This document shows positions 11,401 to 20,906 of a DNA stretch of 64,000 bases, piece after piece; positions within the stretch are counted from its first letter, which is position 1, and each line of letters opens with the position of its first letter. The stretch is from positions 1-64,000 of the forward strand of contig JAUCBJ010007629.1 in NCBI GenBank assembly GCA_032718475.1, written 5' to 3'. The notes under the pieces were generated by a model. It had not been told where the DNA came from. It saw only the letters and a program-made list of their open reading frames with translations, and searched no databases. The stretch comes from Nemertoderma westbladi (Eukaryota; Animalia; Xenacoelomorpha). A program made the translations under genes and the position numbers.

Positions 11401-11632
11401 GTTAACCATCAAGAACGCCTTGGTACACACAGACCTCCGGGTGCGGTTCCGACAATCAGCCGAGTACGCCCCCCTCATACAATTGGACCGAGACGATGTA
11501 GACCTGAGGTGTCCGCAGTTGGATGTGAACCGTATCACCCTACTGATCGGACTTGATACACCGGAACTACACATCCCCACCGGAGATATCGCTCGATCTA
11601 TAAACCAGGATGATGGATTTTATGCTGAATGA
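8453..11632 (+). CDS. gag: Bel/Pao Gag-protease part of the polyprotein
   Basis: PKMEIRTFEGDPVDY capsid region, triple Zn knuckle (CLFCGEKH, CFRCLGTGH, CAVCNDQRHHTLLH), aspartic protease LDNGS. Ends at an in-frame TGA inside the conserved A-x-x-T-x-x-GW motif (YAE*TIMGW). Confidence 0.93.
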   Translation: MTTNNVSDTDEMDHHTDSEADEVPNVKNMTRRLGALKGGVTRAYQRMEKQLKGVKTPLNEVQTQLQSIRNILQRYERMIQAYQELIPPTDQENYPKLEEHVVHLDGFRKQHRRTLSLVRGYEEQYYKRADAESVRSSSIRTAVHRKRTGSARNQHSSARSEISGSARSSQGAPPLRDQLRERKALALKARMEDEYIQLQAEQDVLAAETQKREAEQAAERQAEQREQEAEQHRREAERQAEQREQEAEQHRREAERQAEQRERQAEQHRREAERQAEQHRREAEQQAEQRKQEAEQHRREDERQAEQRKQEAEQRGREAEREIEQRKWEAEMRKQHAEAQAILIHKKNADIAKLAEYEAALIERDIQLYEDWERDIDQEYEPIPVPELEKSFTPTAAKPPKPEIPPTKQSTLSAQAPVFHPPPATLKNEEPYFPSNTTTASVPKYEPEKDSERDATPRSNNPFTSTPQTRSRVIIKTPPIIDPSSMGVSANNYNPPSHSSSDDVSIIRALENRLAMPKMEIRTFEGDPVDYLRFKKRFFAQIGSTDIADAQKLVYLSQYLGDKPRRIVACFEGGSHEAYYDAWKTLDKRYGNTGTIINKTLERLIQDAGSLGDPQNIQEFSDSMKDAYYTLKPLNKEDQVNNILNLRQIARKFPGWLQSKWAYKCVDLRRRHPDQDPSFLEMSAFLDDISEAMNDSMFSKQSLAKLDAMESNYQSRAPTPNPRFRPTPVSAMVISMAEDSDDEDYEEPTLAEEWACYLANWAPEREGTTASPICLFCGEKHKVEFCRKFQFAELVPCFEAIMKHRGCFRCLGTGHYVRECDQRSCCAVCNDQRHHTLLHIPANFDFTTLPFRIEARRRGETNHVFKGTRTTQRRETNPFKIYTDTPQVTNISATINLINRRYMVFAKVIPVRIQGVGKSLTTLAFLDNGSDGTIIDRDFLEQLGLEYEPCKRPIQTITDNKEVESGEVQLQMEGVMKGYETAKLTIKNALVHTDLRVRFRQSAEYAPLIQLDRDDVDLRCPQLDVNRITLLIGLDTPELHIPTGDIARSINQDDGFYAE
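9088..9440 (+). repeat. Coding tandem repeat (EAERQAEQ/EAEQHRR coiled coil) in Gag
   Basis: Many GAGGCCGAAC/CAGGCCGAAC units; explains the overlapping low-complexity ORFs. Confidence 0.9.
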
Positions 11633-11638
11633 ACAATA

Positions 11639-14600
11639 ATGGGATGGACACTCTGCGGCATTAAGGAGGAAACTACGGACACCTATACCTACCTTCCTAA
11701 ATGTCAGATTAAAGAGAATGTAACCTCTGTGGGTTATTGCTCAGCTTCGGATCTTGACGAGGATTTGTTCCTGGAAACCGAGAAAACCCAACGAGAGATG
11801 ACGAAATATTTTAATTTGGAGACCCAGGAGTTCGCGGAAAAGGACGAAAACCCATCCGAAGAGGACCAATATTGTATGGACGTTCTCGACCAGGCCACGT
11901 TTAAAGACGGACATTGGTGTTCACATGTTATGGAAGGACCCAAACAAACCAATGGCAAACAACGCCAGCATGGCACTTAGGCGACTTAAAGGGATTCTAC
12001 GCCGGCTGAATGACCAACCCGAGATAAAGGAGAAGTATAACACCGTAATCCAAGGATATCTCGATGATGGATTAGCAGAAATGGTACCACGGAACGAACT
12101 GCAAGGTGGTAAAAGAACATATTATCTCCCGACCCACTATGTAGTAGAAGCCCGCAAAGGCGGGAAAATCCGAGTGGTAAATGATGCTGCCGCTATGTAC
12201 CAGGGCGAATCCCTAAACAGTCAACTTTATACGGGACCCAACATATATAGCACACTCATCGGCGTATTGATCAGGTTCAGGGAAAACCGGGTAGCATTCA
12301 CCTGTGACATCAAGGCCATGTTTCATCAAGTTCGTACATTACCAAGAGACTCGGACTGTCTACGTATCCTATGGACGGATAAAACGCTTACTCAACAGGA
12401 GATTAGCCAACTCACGATAAAGGACGTAGACATAATGCGTATGGTCGTCAGGATCTTCGGCGCTAAGGACTCGCCGGTAGCATGCAGTGACATGCTAAAG
12501 AGGACGGCAACCATGTGCGAAAACGAGTTCCCTCCAACCGTCATAGAAACCATTCGACGATGCTTCTACGTGGACGACGGATGCGCCGGCGCGGATAATG
12601 TAGATGAGGCGTATCAGCTAGCAATGGGGATGGTAGAATGTCTAAAGAAAGGAGGGTTTCCACTCGTGAAGTTCAGATCCCACGACAAAACACTTATGGA
12701 AAAGTTTCCGGAGGACATCCGGCTGGAAAATAACAAGATGTATTCGGAGGATGTGGAACATCGTGTACTCGGGATTGAATGGGACATAGAATCAGATGAA
12801 TTCATCTTCAAATATAAACCCCTACCCAAGCCTATGACAAAAAGGGGATGTTTGTCGATAAAAAGTGCAATCTTCGACCCACTAAATTTCATATCTCCGG
12901 TAACCTTGGCCGGAATGAACCTGATTAAGGAAATGTGGATAGAAGGACTGGGATGGGACAAAGAGCTTCCCCCATACCTTAGCGTCAAATGGAGAAAATG
13001 GACGGAGCAGCTCGAACACCTACATCTTATGCGGATACCTAGACCGTTCTTCCTCGATAAACTGCCCACCGATATCTTCCAGCTCCACACCTTTTCGGAT
13101 GCTTCAAATACCGGAATCGGCGTAGTAACCTTCTTACGGAGACTAAGTAGCGATGGAAACGGCGATACAAGCTTCTTATTCTCCAAAGCAAAGACAGTAT
13201 CCGGGGAATTCGTAGCAACGATTCCGAGACTCGAGCTACAAGCTGCAGTTTGGGCAGTAAGACAGAATCGCATGGCCATGCGGAACCTACGGATCCCCAT
13301 AGAATCTCAACACTTCTGGGTAGATTCGAGTATAGTTCTCTATTATCTCCACTCTCCATCACGGCGTCACACCACGTTTGTTGCAAACCGAGCCACAGAG
13401 ATTAAACAGTGTACCGGCCGAGAACAGTGGCATCACGTGAACGGGAAGGAAAACCCAGCGGACTTATCAAGCCGAGGCGCCACCCCAAAACAACTCGGTA
13501 AAAGTAAACTCTGGTTTACAGGCCCGGAATTCCTACGGCAGCCACAGTTAACATGGAGTACCCGATTCGACCCCGAACTCGATAGTGGAAAATACTCCGA
13601 GGACGATAAAGAGATCCGTAAAATCCATCGAAGCAACGCGGTGGAAATTTATAGTTGCCTGACTGAGCCTGCAAAGGACTCGGGCAGGCACTATAACGTC
13701 GCGACGATCACTCAACTAGCGGCGTCTTTACATCGGTTGATCGAGCGAACTTCATCCATGAGACGGCTCGTCCACCACGTTATAACCCTTCGTAACTTCC
13801 TACGGTGGAAAAACAGCAAACCGATAGTTCAACGGAATATACAAGAACTTATTATCGCGGAGAAGTGTATTGTTAGATATGTCCAGAAAGAAAGTTTCCC
13901 CGATGAATGGGAACAACTTAGTGCGGGCAAAACATTGAAACCGGACAGCCCAGTCTACCAACTGAGACCAATGATAGGAGAGGACGGACTGATCCGACTG
14001 AATACCCGGATGGCAAACGCCCCGGTCGAATATGAGGTTAAATACCCGGCGCTTCTGCCCGGAACGTCGACACTAGCTAAGCTATTAATTCTACAATGTC
14101 ACGAGGACAACCACCACGCAGGACAGAATTGGATTATAGCTAATATAAGACAAAGATATTGGATCACCCACATCCAGCCACTGATCCGGAAAGTGTTGAA
14201 ACGTTGCTTCACCTGCAGACGTTACCTAGCGCCACCAATCACCCAAAAGATGGCCGACTTACCAGCCACCCGTCTACAAGCGGATTCCCAACCATTCTAC
14301 GTCACCGGAGTGGACTGTTTCGGACCGTTCACGGTTATTGAACGACGATCCAACATCAAATGCTGGGGAGCCATCTTCACCTGCCTAAGGTCTAGGGCAA
14401 TTTACTTAGATATCGTGGTAAATCTGACACAACACGCATTCATCAAAGCTCTGCGTCGGTTCGTGGCGAACAACGGGACATGCTGCCACATGTATTCCGA
14501 TAATGGTACAAACTTTGTGGGAGGAGAAAGAGAACTTAGAGAGGCGATCGAAGGATGGTTTACCGATAACACTGCATCCCAAGCCTGGAAGGAACACCAG

Positions 14601-15272
14601 ATACAGTGGCACTTCCAGACCCCCTTAGCACCCCATACGAGCGGGGTATGGGAGAAACTGATCGACCTAGTGAAACGATCCATGCGCGTCGCTCTAGGCG
14701 ATACCCGGGTAACCCATGACACCCTCCGCACAACATTCTGCGAGATCACGGCTACCCTGAACAACCGACCCATTGTTCCTATCCGCGACGACCCCACAGA
14801 CCTGGAACCCCTCACTCCTAACCACTTACTGGGGAGACCTAAAACCCACCTCCTCCCGGAAACCATGTTCCCGGATCCCAACGAGATCGCGAAACATACA
14901 AACTGGAAAAAGGCCCAAGCGTTAGCAGCGCATTGGTGGAGAATTTGGACCCAGGAGTACCTCATAACCCTCCGGACCAGGAGGAAATGGAACAACACCT
15001 ACCGGAATGTCGCAGTTGGTGACATGGTACTAGTTAAAGAAGATCTCAAAGACCGCATTCACTGGCCTGTGGCGCGGGTCGTGACCATACACCCAAGCAA
15101 AGACGGACTTGCAAGGACTGTGACGATACGAACGGCAAAGGGCCACTACCAACGCCCTATCCAGAGGCTGTGCCTTCTCGAAGGCAATGATAGCGGTGAC
15201 TCTACGAGAGGTGATAAGATCCCTACTCAAGATCCTGCTGTGGACATTGGTGACAATTACAAACCCGTGTAA
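11639..15272 (+). CDS. pol: Bel/Pao Pol (RT, RNase H, integrase), frameshifted near 11920
   Basis: RT DIKAMFHQ and FYVDD; RNase H FSDAS, IPRLEL, NPADLSSRG; integrase H..HH..CFTC, GVDCFGP, SDNGTNF, WEKL. ORF 11639-11980 is in the gag frame, ORF 11925-15272 in a shifted frame. Confidence 0.93.
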
Positions 15273-15552
15273 CCCTTCTCATCATGTTGACAAACTCTTT
15301 TTAAACTGTGATTTATCGACAACGAATTATGGACCCCCTTTAAACCAACTGTAACCACGCAATGGTATTTGTGTTTCCTCGTGTGTTATGTGGAGTCCAG
15401 CGTCACCCTGCGGATGTTTCGACTGACGCAGGGTCGTTTATGTATTGTTTACCCTGATTTTGGTCATTGGGACCAACGATATTGGATTATTTAGAAATGG
15501 AAAAGATTTGAAGTGGAATTCATTGTATTCATTGCAGTATGTTATGTTGTCC

Positions 15553-15962
15553 GTTGCGTGCGCAGTTCGGGGCGTAGGCGGTGTAACGAGTCCAGCTGTA
15601 GATCCCGGATTGCCGCGCAACACCCCCTCTATCCCGTTATTCTGGTGGGTCCATGGTGCATCCACATGACTTCGACGATAGAGGGTTTTATGTTCTCAGT
15701 CGCGTTATTCTGTTGGGACCGTTGCGTGGATTTTGGGGCGTAGGCGGTGTAACGAGTCCAGCTGTAGATCCCAGAATGTTGCGTAACCCCATCCCACATG
15801 ACTTCGTCGACTGAGCTTTATGTTGTTGGGAGTGTTATTCTGGTGGGTCCCTGGTGCATCCACGTGACTTCACTCCCAGCGTCTTCATTGTCCGTTACGT
15901 GCGCAGTTTGGGGCGTAGGCGGTGTAACGAGTCCAGCTGTAGATCCCAGATTGCCGCGTAAC
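15553..15962 (+). ncRNA. Three ~68-nt structured repeats downstream of pol with an invariant 38-nt core
   Basis: GGGGCGTAGGCGGTGTAACGAGTCCAGCTGTAGATCCC inside copies 15553-15621, 15721-15787, 15894-15962; flanking stems covary. Confidence 0.6.
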
Positions 15963-16521
15963 ACCCCTTCCACGACAAAGATTAACCAAAGAAAATGATT
16001 GAATATAGTTGGAAACGATGAAAAGGATCAGACAACTCTACTATAAACCTGAATGATGACGCGTATACTGATGAAAATGTAATGATGCGCACCTTGGTGC
16101 TGCGCTTATAACAAATGATGATAGCCGGGGGGCTATAAACCCAATGATGATGTGGAAATAAATAAATAAATGTGAAATAAATGGTGGAACTAAATGTTGA
16201 AATATATGTGGAAATAAATGAAATGAGATGAAATAATAATGAAATGAAAAAAGACAAAAAAAAGGTATAAAAGAGGTCAAAGAAAAGAATTGGAAAAAAA
16301 AGGACAAAAAAGTCATAAAAAACTGGTTGGATATTATGTATAGCTATAGTAACTGTAAATGCTGAATGTATTAGCAATAAGATGATAGATGCCTATATAG
16401 CAATGTTATTTAATAAACTGAATTAAATAAAAAAAACTGAATTATTCTGCTATCGCTATAGTTTCAGACTTTCTGGACTTATAATTAACTGAACTAATTT
16501 GTAACGGATATAATCGTAAAT

Positions 16522-17847
16522 ATGGACCTAAATCGCCAAATTATCGGCGAATTACGTAACACGTTAGATCTACTGGAATATTCGCAACCCGGATCCCCTG
16601 ACTTTGATACAAATTGGAGCACCCTGCTAAATGAGAACGTGCGAGTCATGAAATTCACCGGGCGAGAGGGACCGGATTCTAAGAATCTACGAGCCCTCCG
16701 GTTAGCCGATGCTAGTACGAGACTGAAAAGAACTCGGAACGCAAAGGCAACCGGAGGGGACGATTCGTCGTTTTGGGAAACGTTCCGGCAGAGCGTCTAC
16801 AGATCCCGATGTTTGATCTACGACAACGAGGGAAACGCGACGCCCACATCGAAAGCGATTACGTTGGCGAGATGTCAAAGTTTCGTCGACGACAAGAGTA
16901 CGTACCTCGCCCACTGGGGAAACCTGTCGGAGTGTACGGCGACGCTTCGAGAGGAACGCATATCGATTATCCAGAACCGCGATGACTACCAGGAAAAGTA
17001 CGGGGCGAAAGAATATGGTCGATCCTTAGTCGTCGTCCTCGGAACCCTGGACGGTTTGGTACTGGTGTGCCGAATATTCCCGACACCCAGACAGGAAGTG
17101 CAGGCAGCCGGAGCGATCTGGTTGCTGCCTCCGGAAATCCAAAAGATCCTCTTCGACTTCGACGTCATTAAAATCGGGTCGGATATCAAGGCGGACGTCC
17201 GGAACGACTACGCGAACGCTCCTACAGGAAGAAACCGACGAGACGACCTCAACGCCCTTAGCCATTGCATCGACACTCAAACGTTACTAGCCTGGTTACG
17301 ATTCGCCGAGTTCATGCGAGGATTCCAAGAGGTGAGACCGACGAAATCCGGGATCGGCTACCTCGCTGTGCTAAACGGCGGTATCGACTTCAAACCCCAG
17401 AAATTCCGGGACTATAATAAAATATACGGTGGATACCCGGGATTGGAAATAAAGAGCGAGCGAGAGGGTCGATGGAAGGACGTTGATCGGAAGTGGACGA
17501 TACACCAAAGATGGGAGAATCCCGATCGACGGAACTATGTTTACGTCGTTATGGAATGCTACACCGTCGCTAAGTTTATCTGTAAAACTCTCGATAACCT
17601 TATTACGGCGGTCCCCCTTTCCTTCGTCGACTACGACTGGAACGAGGTTATAAACCACACGTTTAAAGCGGTCGAGAACATTACACCGGGAGAATCGAAA
17701 ACACCCGCCGTTATCGATTCCTGGGACGAGAGCGGACCTTACGACATCCCTACGATTACCGAACTTCTCGGTGCGGAGGAGCCTCTGATCTCTTCGGAAG
17801 GGGAAGAGACGAGGGTGTTCTACTCTCCACCCCGAAGCGACAACTAG
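16522..17847 (+). CDS. Accessory protein N-terminal part: DEDDy/DnaQ-like 3'-5' exonuclease-like domain (WRN/EXD/Mut-7 type)
   Basis: ExoI-like LIYDNEG; VLGTLDGLVLVCRI; LPPEIQKILFDFDVIKIGSDIKAD (ExoII-like); CIDTQTL; SGIGYL; YVVMEC (ExoIII-like with E). Motif recognition only. Confidence 0.65.
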   Translation: MDLNRQIIGELRNTLDLLEYSQPGSPDFDTNWSTLLNENVRVMKFTGREGPDSKNLRALRLADASTRLKRTRNAKATGGDDSSFWETFRQSVYRSRCLIYDNEGNATPTSKAITLARCQSFVDDKSTYLAHWGNLSECTATLREERISIIQNRDDYQEKYGAKEYGRSLVVVLGTLDGLVLVCRIFPTPRQEVQAAGAIWLLPPEIQKILFDFDVIKIGSDIKADVRNDYANAPTGRNRRDDLNALSHCIDTQTLLAWLRFAEFMRGFQEVRPTKSGIGYLAVLNGGIDFKPQKFRDYNKIYGGYPGLEIKSEREGRWKDVDRKWTIHQRWENPDRRNYVYVVMECYTVAKFICKTLDNLITAVPLSFVDYDWNEVINHTFKAVENITPGESKTPAVIDSWDESGPYDIPTITELLGAEEPLISSEGEETRVFYSPPRSDN

Positions 17848-17900
17848 AGCCGGAGGCCGCGTATGGACCGGCCGCCAAACGGGTTGCCTCGACCGAACCG

Positions 17901-19112
17901 ATGAAGAGAGCAGGCGTTTACACTCCACGCGGCTCCGGTAGCCCCGCGAGGGAGGTGGCTACTACAGCTGCATTGAGCGACTTCGGCGACATATGCCAAC
18001 GGTTATCCCCGTATCCTTTCCCGGGTGGCGAAGATTGGTCGTCGGAGATTCCGAGTACCAGCCACCAACGGACCCGCGCAGCGATACTGATCGAGGAGGG
18101 CCCCAGCGACGCGCCGACCCCCGACGATCTCCTCGGTATCCCTCCGTCGAAAACCCCGGCACCCCTTCGCCGACCAGCGGTGGCTACTGCACCCGCCGTT
18201 CCTCAGGACCCTATGCGACTAACCCGTTGGTACGCCGAGCAAACTGAATGGATCCACCGCCAGAAACGGTCATCCGAGTTGAGACCAGCGGGACACAAAG
18301 AGGGTTATCGGAGCGAGAACATACTACGCAAAAGCCTAGCATTCCGCGGGCTACCGACCACCGAGAATATTCCGAAGAGCGACCGATGACTCGAATACTA
18401 CGTCGGCGTCCCGATTCCAATATTCCCCGGTCGAGAAACGCAGTTGGAGGTATGCGACGACTGCGGCTCGGAGCAGTGCCCACGCGGCAGAAGGAATCGG
18501 GTTACCGATTCTTGCCTCCAGCTCCTCGGGGTACTCTATTGCCCATACTGCGCGATATCGGGCCACGACGTTTCGGTCTGTCCGATCCTTTATAACCTAT
18601 GCACCACGTGCGGTTTCCGTGGACATTCCGCTAGCCCCCGCTGCTATATCAAATGTCCTACCAAAGACGTAACCGCTATGGGCAATATGGTCATGTTTGA
18701 GACATACACAAACAGCCACTTAAAGACCAAGTTTCGGAGAAACGCTCGGAATATCGCGCAGGAGATGGCGTGCGGATATTTCTCCTTCCCGGAACGCCTC
18801 CACACGTCGGCCACGCTACCTTTCCATTACGTGGATCTGCTACTGAGCGCTGGATTATTCGGCCCATTCGAAGTCATTAGACGATTATACTCGTATAAAG
18901 AGGAGTTCGGTGACGGAGAATGGTTCCTAGAGGCACGCAACTCCGAGTTGGAAAGACGAACCGACATGATCCCGATGCCTTCGAAAGGAAGAGCCGCCAG
19001 GAGACAAGCCGAAGCGTTACTCACAATGGATTTTGACGCTCCTCTACCAGCCATAGCGATCGATGAGAGTCGACGGGCGAAGAGACGAAAGGCGTACCAG
19101 AAAAAGAAATAG
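17901..19112 (+). pseudogene. Accessory protein C-terminal part: Pro-rich linker and tandem CCHC Zn knuckles, in-frame TGA at 18387-18389
   Basis: 17901-18389 and 18444-19112 share a frame; GRETQLEVCDDCG..C, CPYCAISGH..VCPILYNLCTTCGFRGH..C; colinear homolog in element C. Confidence 0.7.
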
Positions 19113-19277
19113 TGGATTGGGATATTCCAGGAACATTTATCGAACATTTATTTTTATACAAACTCTAGGCCAAATTAATTAAAAACTATGCAATATTAAA
19201 TTTGGGTTTTTTATATTGGGAATGACCTACGCAAACTCAATCGACCGACAGACTTCACGAAGGTCATTGGGGGGGAC

Positions 19278-20906
19278 TGTTCGCGGTATTTCAACTTTCC
19301 ATAACGCGAGTTGAATATTTTTGTATTTATTTAAAATTGATTATTCCGATATTACTACTGGGTGCGGGACCATGGGTTTTGGGCACATTCAATAAACTGG
19401 GGGCGATTTATGGGCGAACTTTGGGGCAACTTACAGGGTACGGGAATAATTTCATAGTTATAAGGGCCAGGGGGGATGGAAAATGCAAGCAGTATTCAGG
19501 TTAGCCTGAGTACTATTAGGCCCTGGCCAACTTCCTGCTGCCTGTAGGGGTGGATTTGGTAATGCGCCAGGCCTAAAGGACAAGGACTGCCCTTAGCGGT
19601 CCCTGGCCAACAGCAGCCATTACGAGACTGAAAAGAACTCGGACCGCTGACTGCTTGTGTCAGGGATTTGCGACGGGCACCGACGGCCCCTTAGTAGCCA
19701 AGCCGTTCTGGTTCTCGATGATCGAACCCCGGGGTTCGTGAGGGGTGGAGCGGACACGCGAACGGGTGGCCAACTAACGACTGCCCCCTGACCTAAGCCG
19801 TACTGGTTCTCGATGACCGATCCCTTCGGGGTTCGTGAGGGGTGGGACGGACATGCGAAAGGGCTGGCCACAGGACGGGTTTGACGAGAACTGCCCTTAG
19901 CGGTCTCTGGTCAACGGCAGCTACTACGAGACTGAAAAGAACTCGGAACGCTGACTGCTTGTACTGGGATTTGCGACGGGAACCGACGACAGACCCCTTA
20001 GCCAAGCCGTACTGGTTCTCGATGATCGAACCCTTCGGGGTTCGTGAGGGGTGGAAAGGACACGCGATGGGGTCGAAAGACAAAGGACTAGACTCGACTA
20101 GACTCTACTGGCCTACCGACTGTTCGGAGCAGTTTCTCGGCTGCCGAAGCGACTACGAGCCTGAAACGGACTCGGAAAGCCTAGGTGGTTGGGTTTCTGT
20201 GATGAACCGCCGGACCCCTAGCCAAGCCGTTCTGGTTCTCGATGATCGAACCCTTCGGGGTTCGTGAGGGGTGGAACGGACACGCGAACGGGTCCACCGA
20301 CACGACAGACTCCTAGCCAAGCCGTACTGGTTCTCGATGACCGAACCCTTCGGGGTTCGAGAGGGGTGGTACGGATACGCGACAGAGTCTACCGACTGGA
20401 CCGACCCTTAGCCAAGCCGTGCTGGTTCTCGATGATCGTTCCCTTCGGGGTTCGTGAGGGGTGGAACGGACACGCGACAGGGTCGACCGACACCGACACT
20501 ACGGCACTAAGACTGGGACCGAGGGAAAATCTGGGGAACATTAGGTAGGCTAAAATTCTGAGCGAACAGTGGGTTATTAAATAATATACCGTAGGGATTT
20601 ATATTATCGTGTATAATTATTGTGAATATTTGGTGTATATTGATTTGGGGAAGCCCAAAATTATTCTTAATCAGGTTTCAATGATGTTGAACAGGTTTCA
20701 ATGACGTTGAACAGGTTTCAACTATAGGAAGTTACATTAAAGAGTATATCCAACTAATGCAGCTTTTTATCAACCGCAAACTTGCATCTCAGAAAATATT
20801 CCCTCCCCACAATCAATATCCGGTGACTGGCCGGGGCTCGGTGGTCTGTTAAAGTCACGTCTCCAGCATCGGCGTTTTCCCCCCTGGTGTAGGGATAACG
20901 GCAACA
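19278..20906 (+). repeat. 3' LTR of element A (hairpin array at about 19685-20485)
   Basis: Direct repeat of 6343-7971, preceded by G-run PPT and followed by TSD CAGGC. Confidence 0.97.

Larger units (their letters stand above)
6343..20906 (+). mobile_element. Full-length Bel/Pao LTR retrotransposon (element A) with accessory ORF region
   Basis: Two 1629-bp TG...CA LTRs, TSD CAGGC (6338-6342 and 20907-20911), G-run PPT before 19278, gag-PR-RT-RH-IN order. Confidence 0.97.

Noticed and set aside
15553-15621. Twister ribozyme
   Set aside because: Superficial GCGG..GTAGA similarity, but the required pseudoknot pairings could not be formed.
16522-17847. env gene
   Set aside because: No signal peptide, transmembrane segment or furin site; motifs fit an exonuclease fold.
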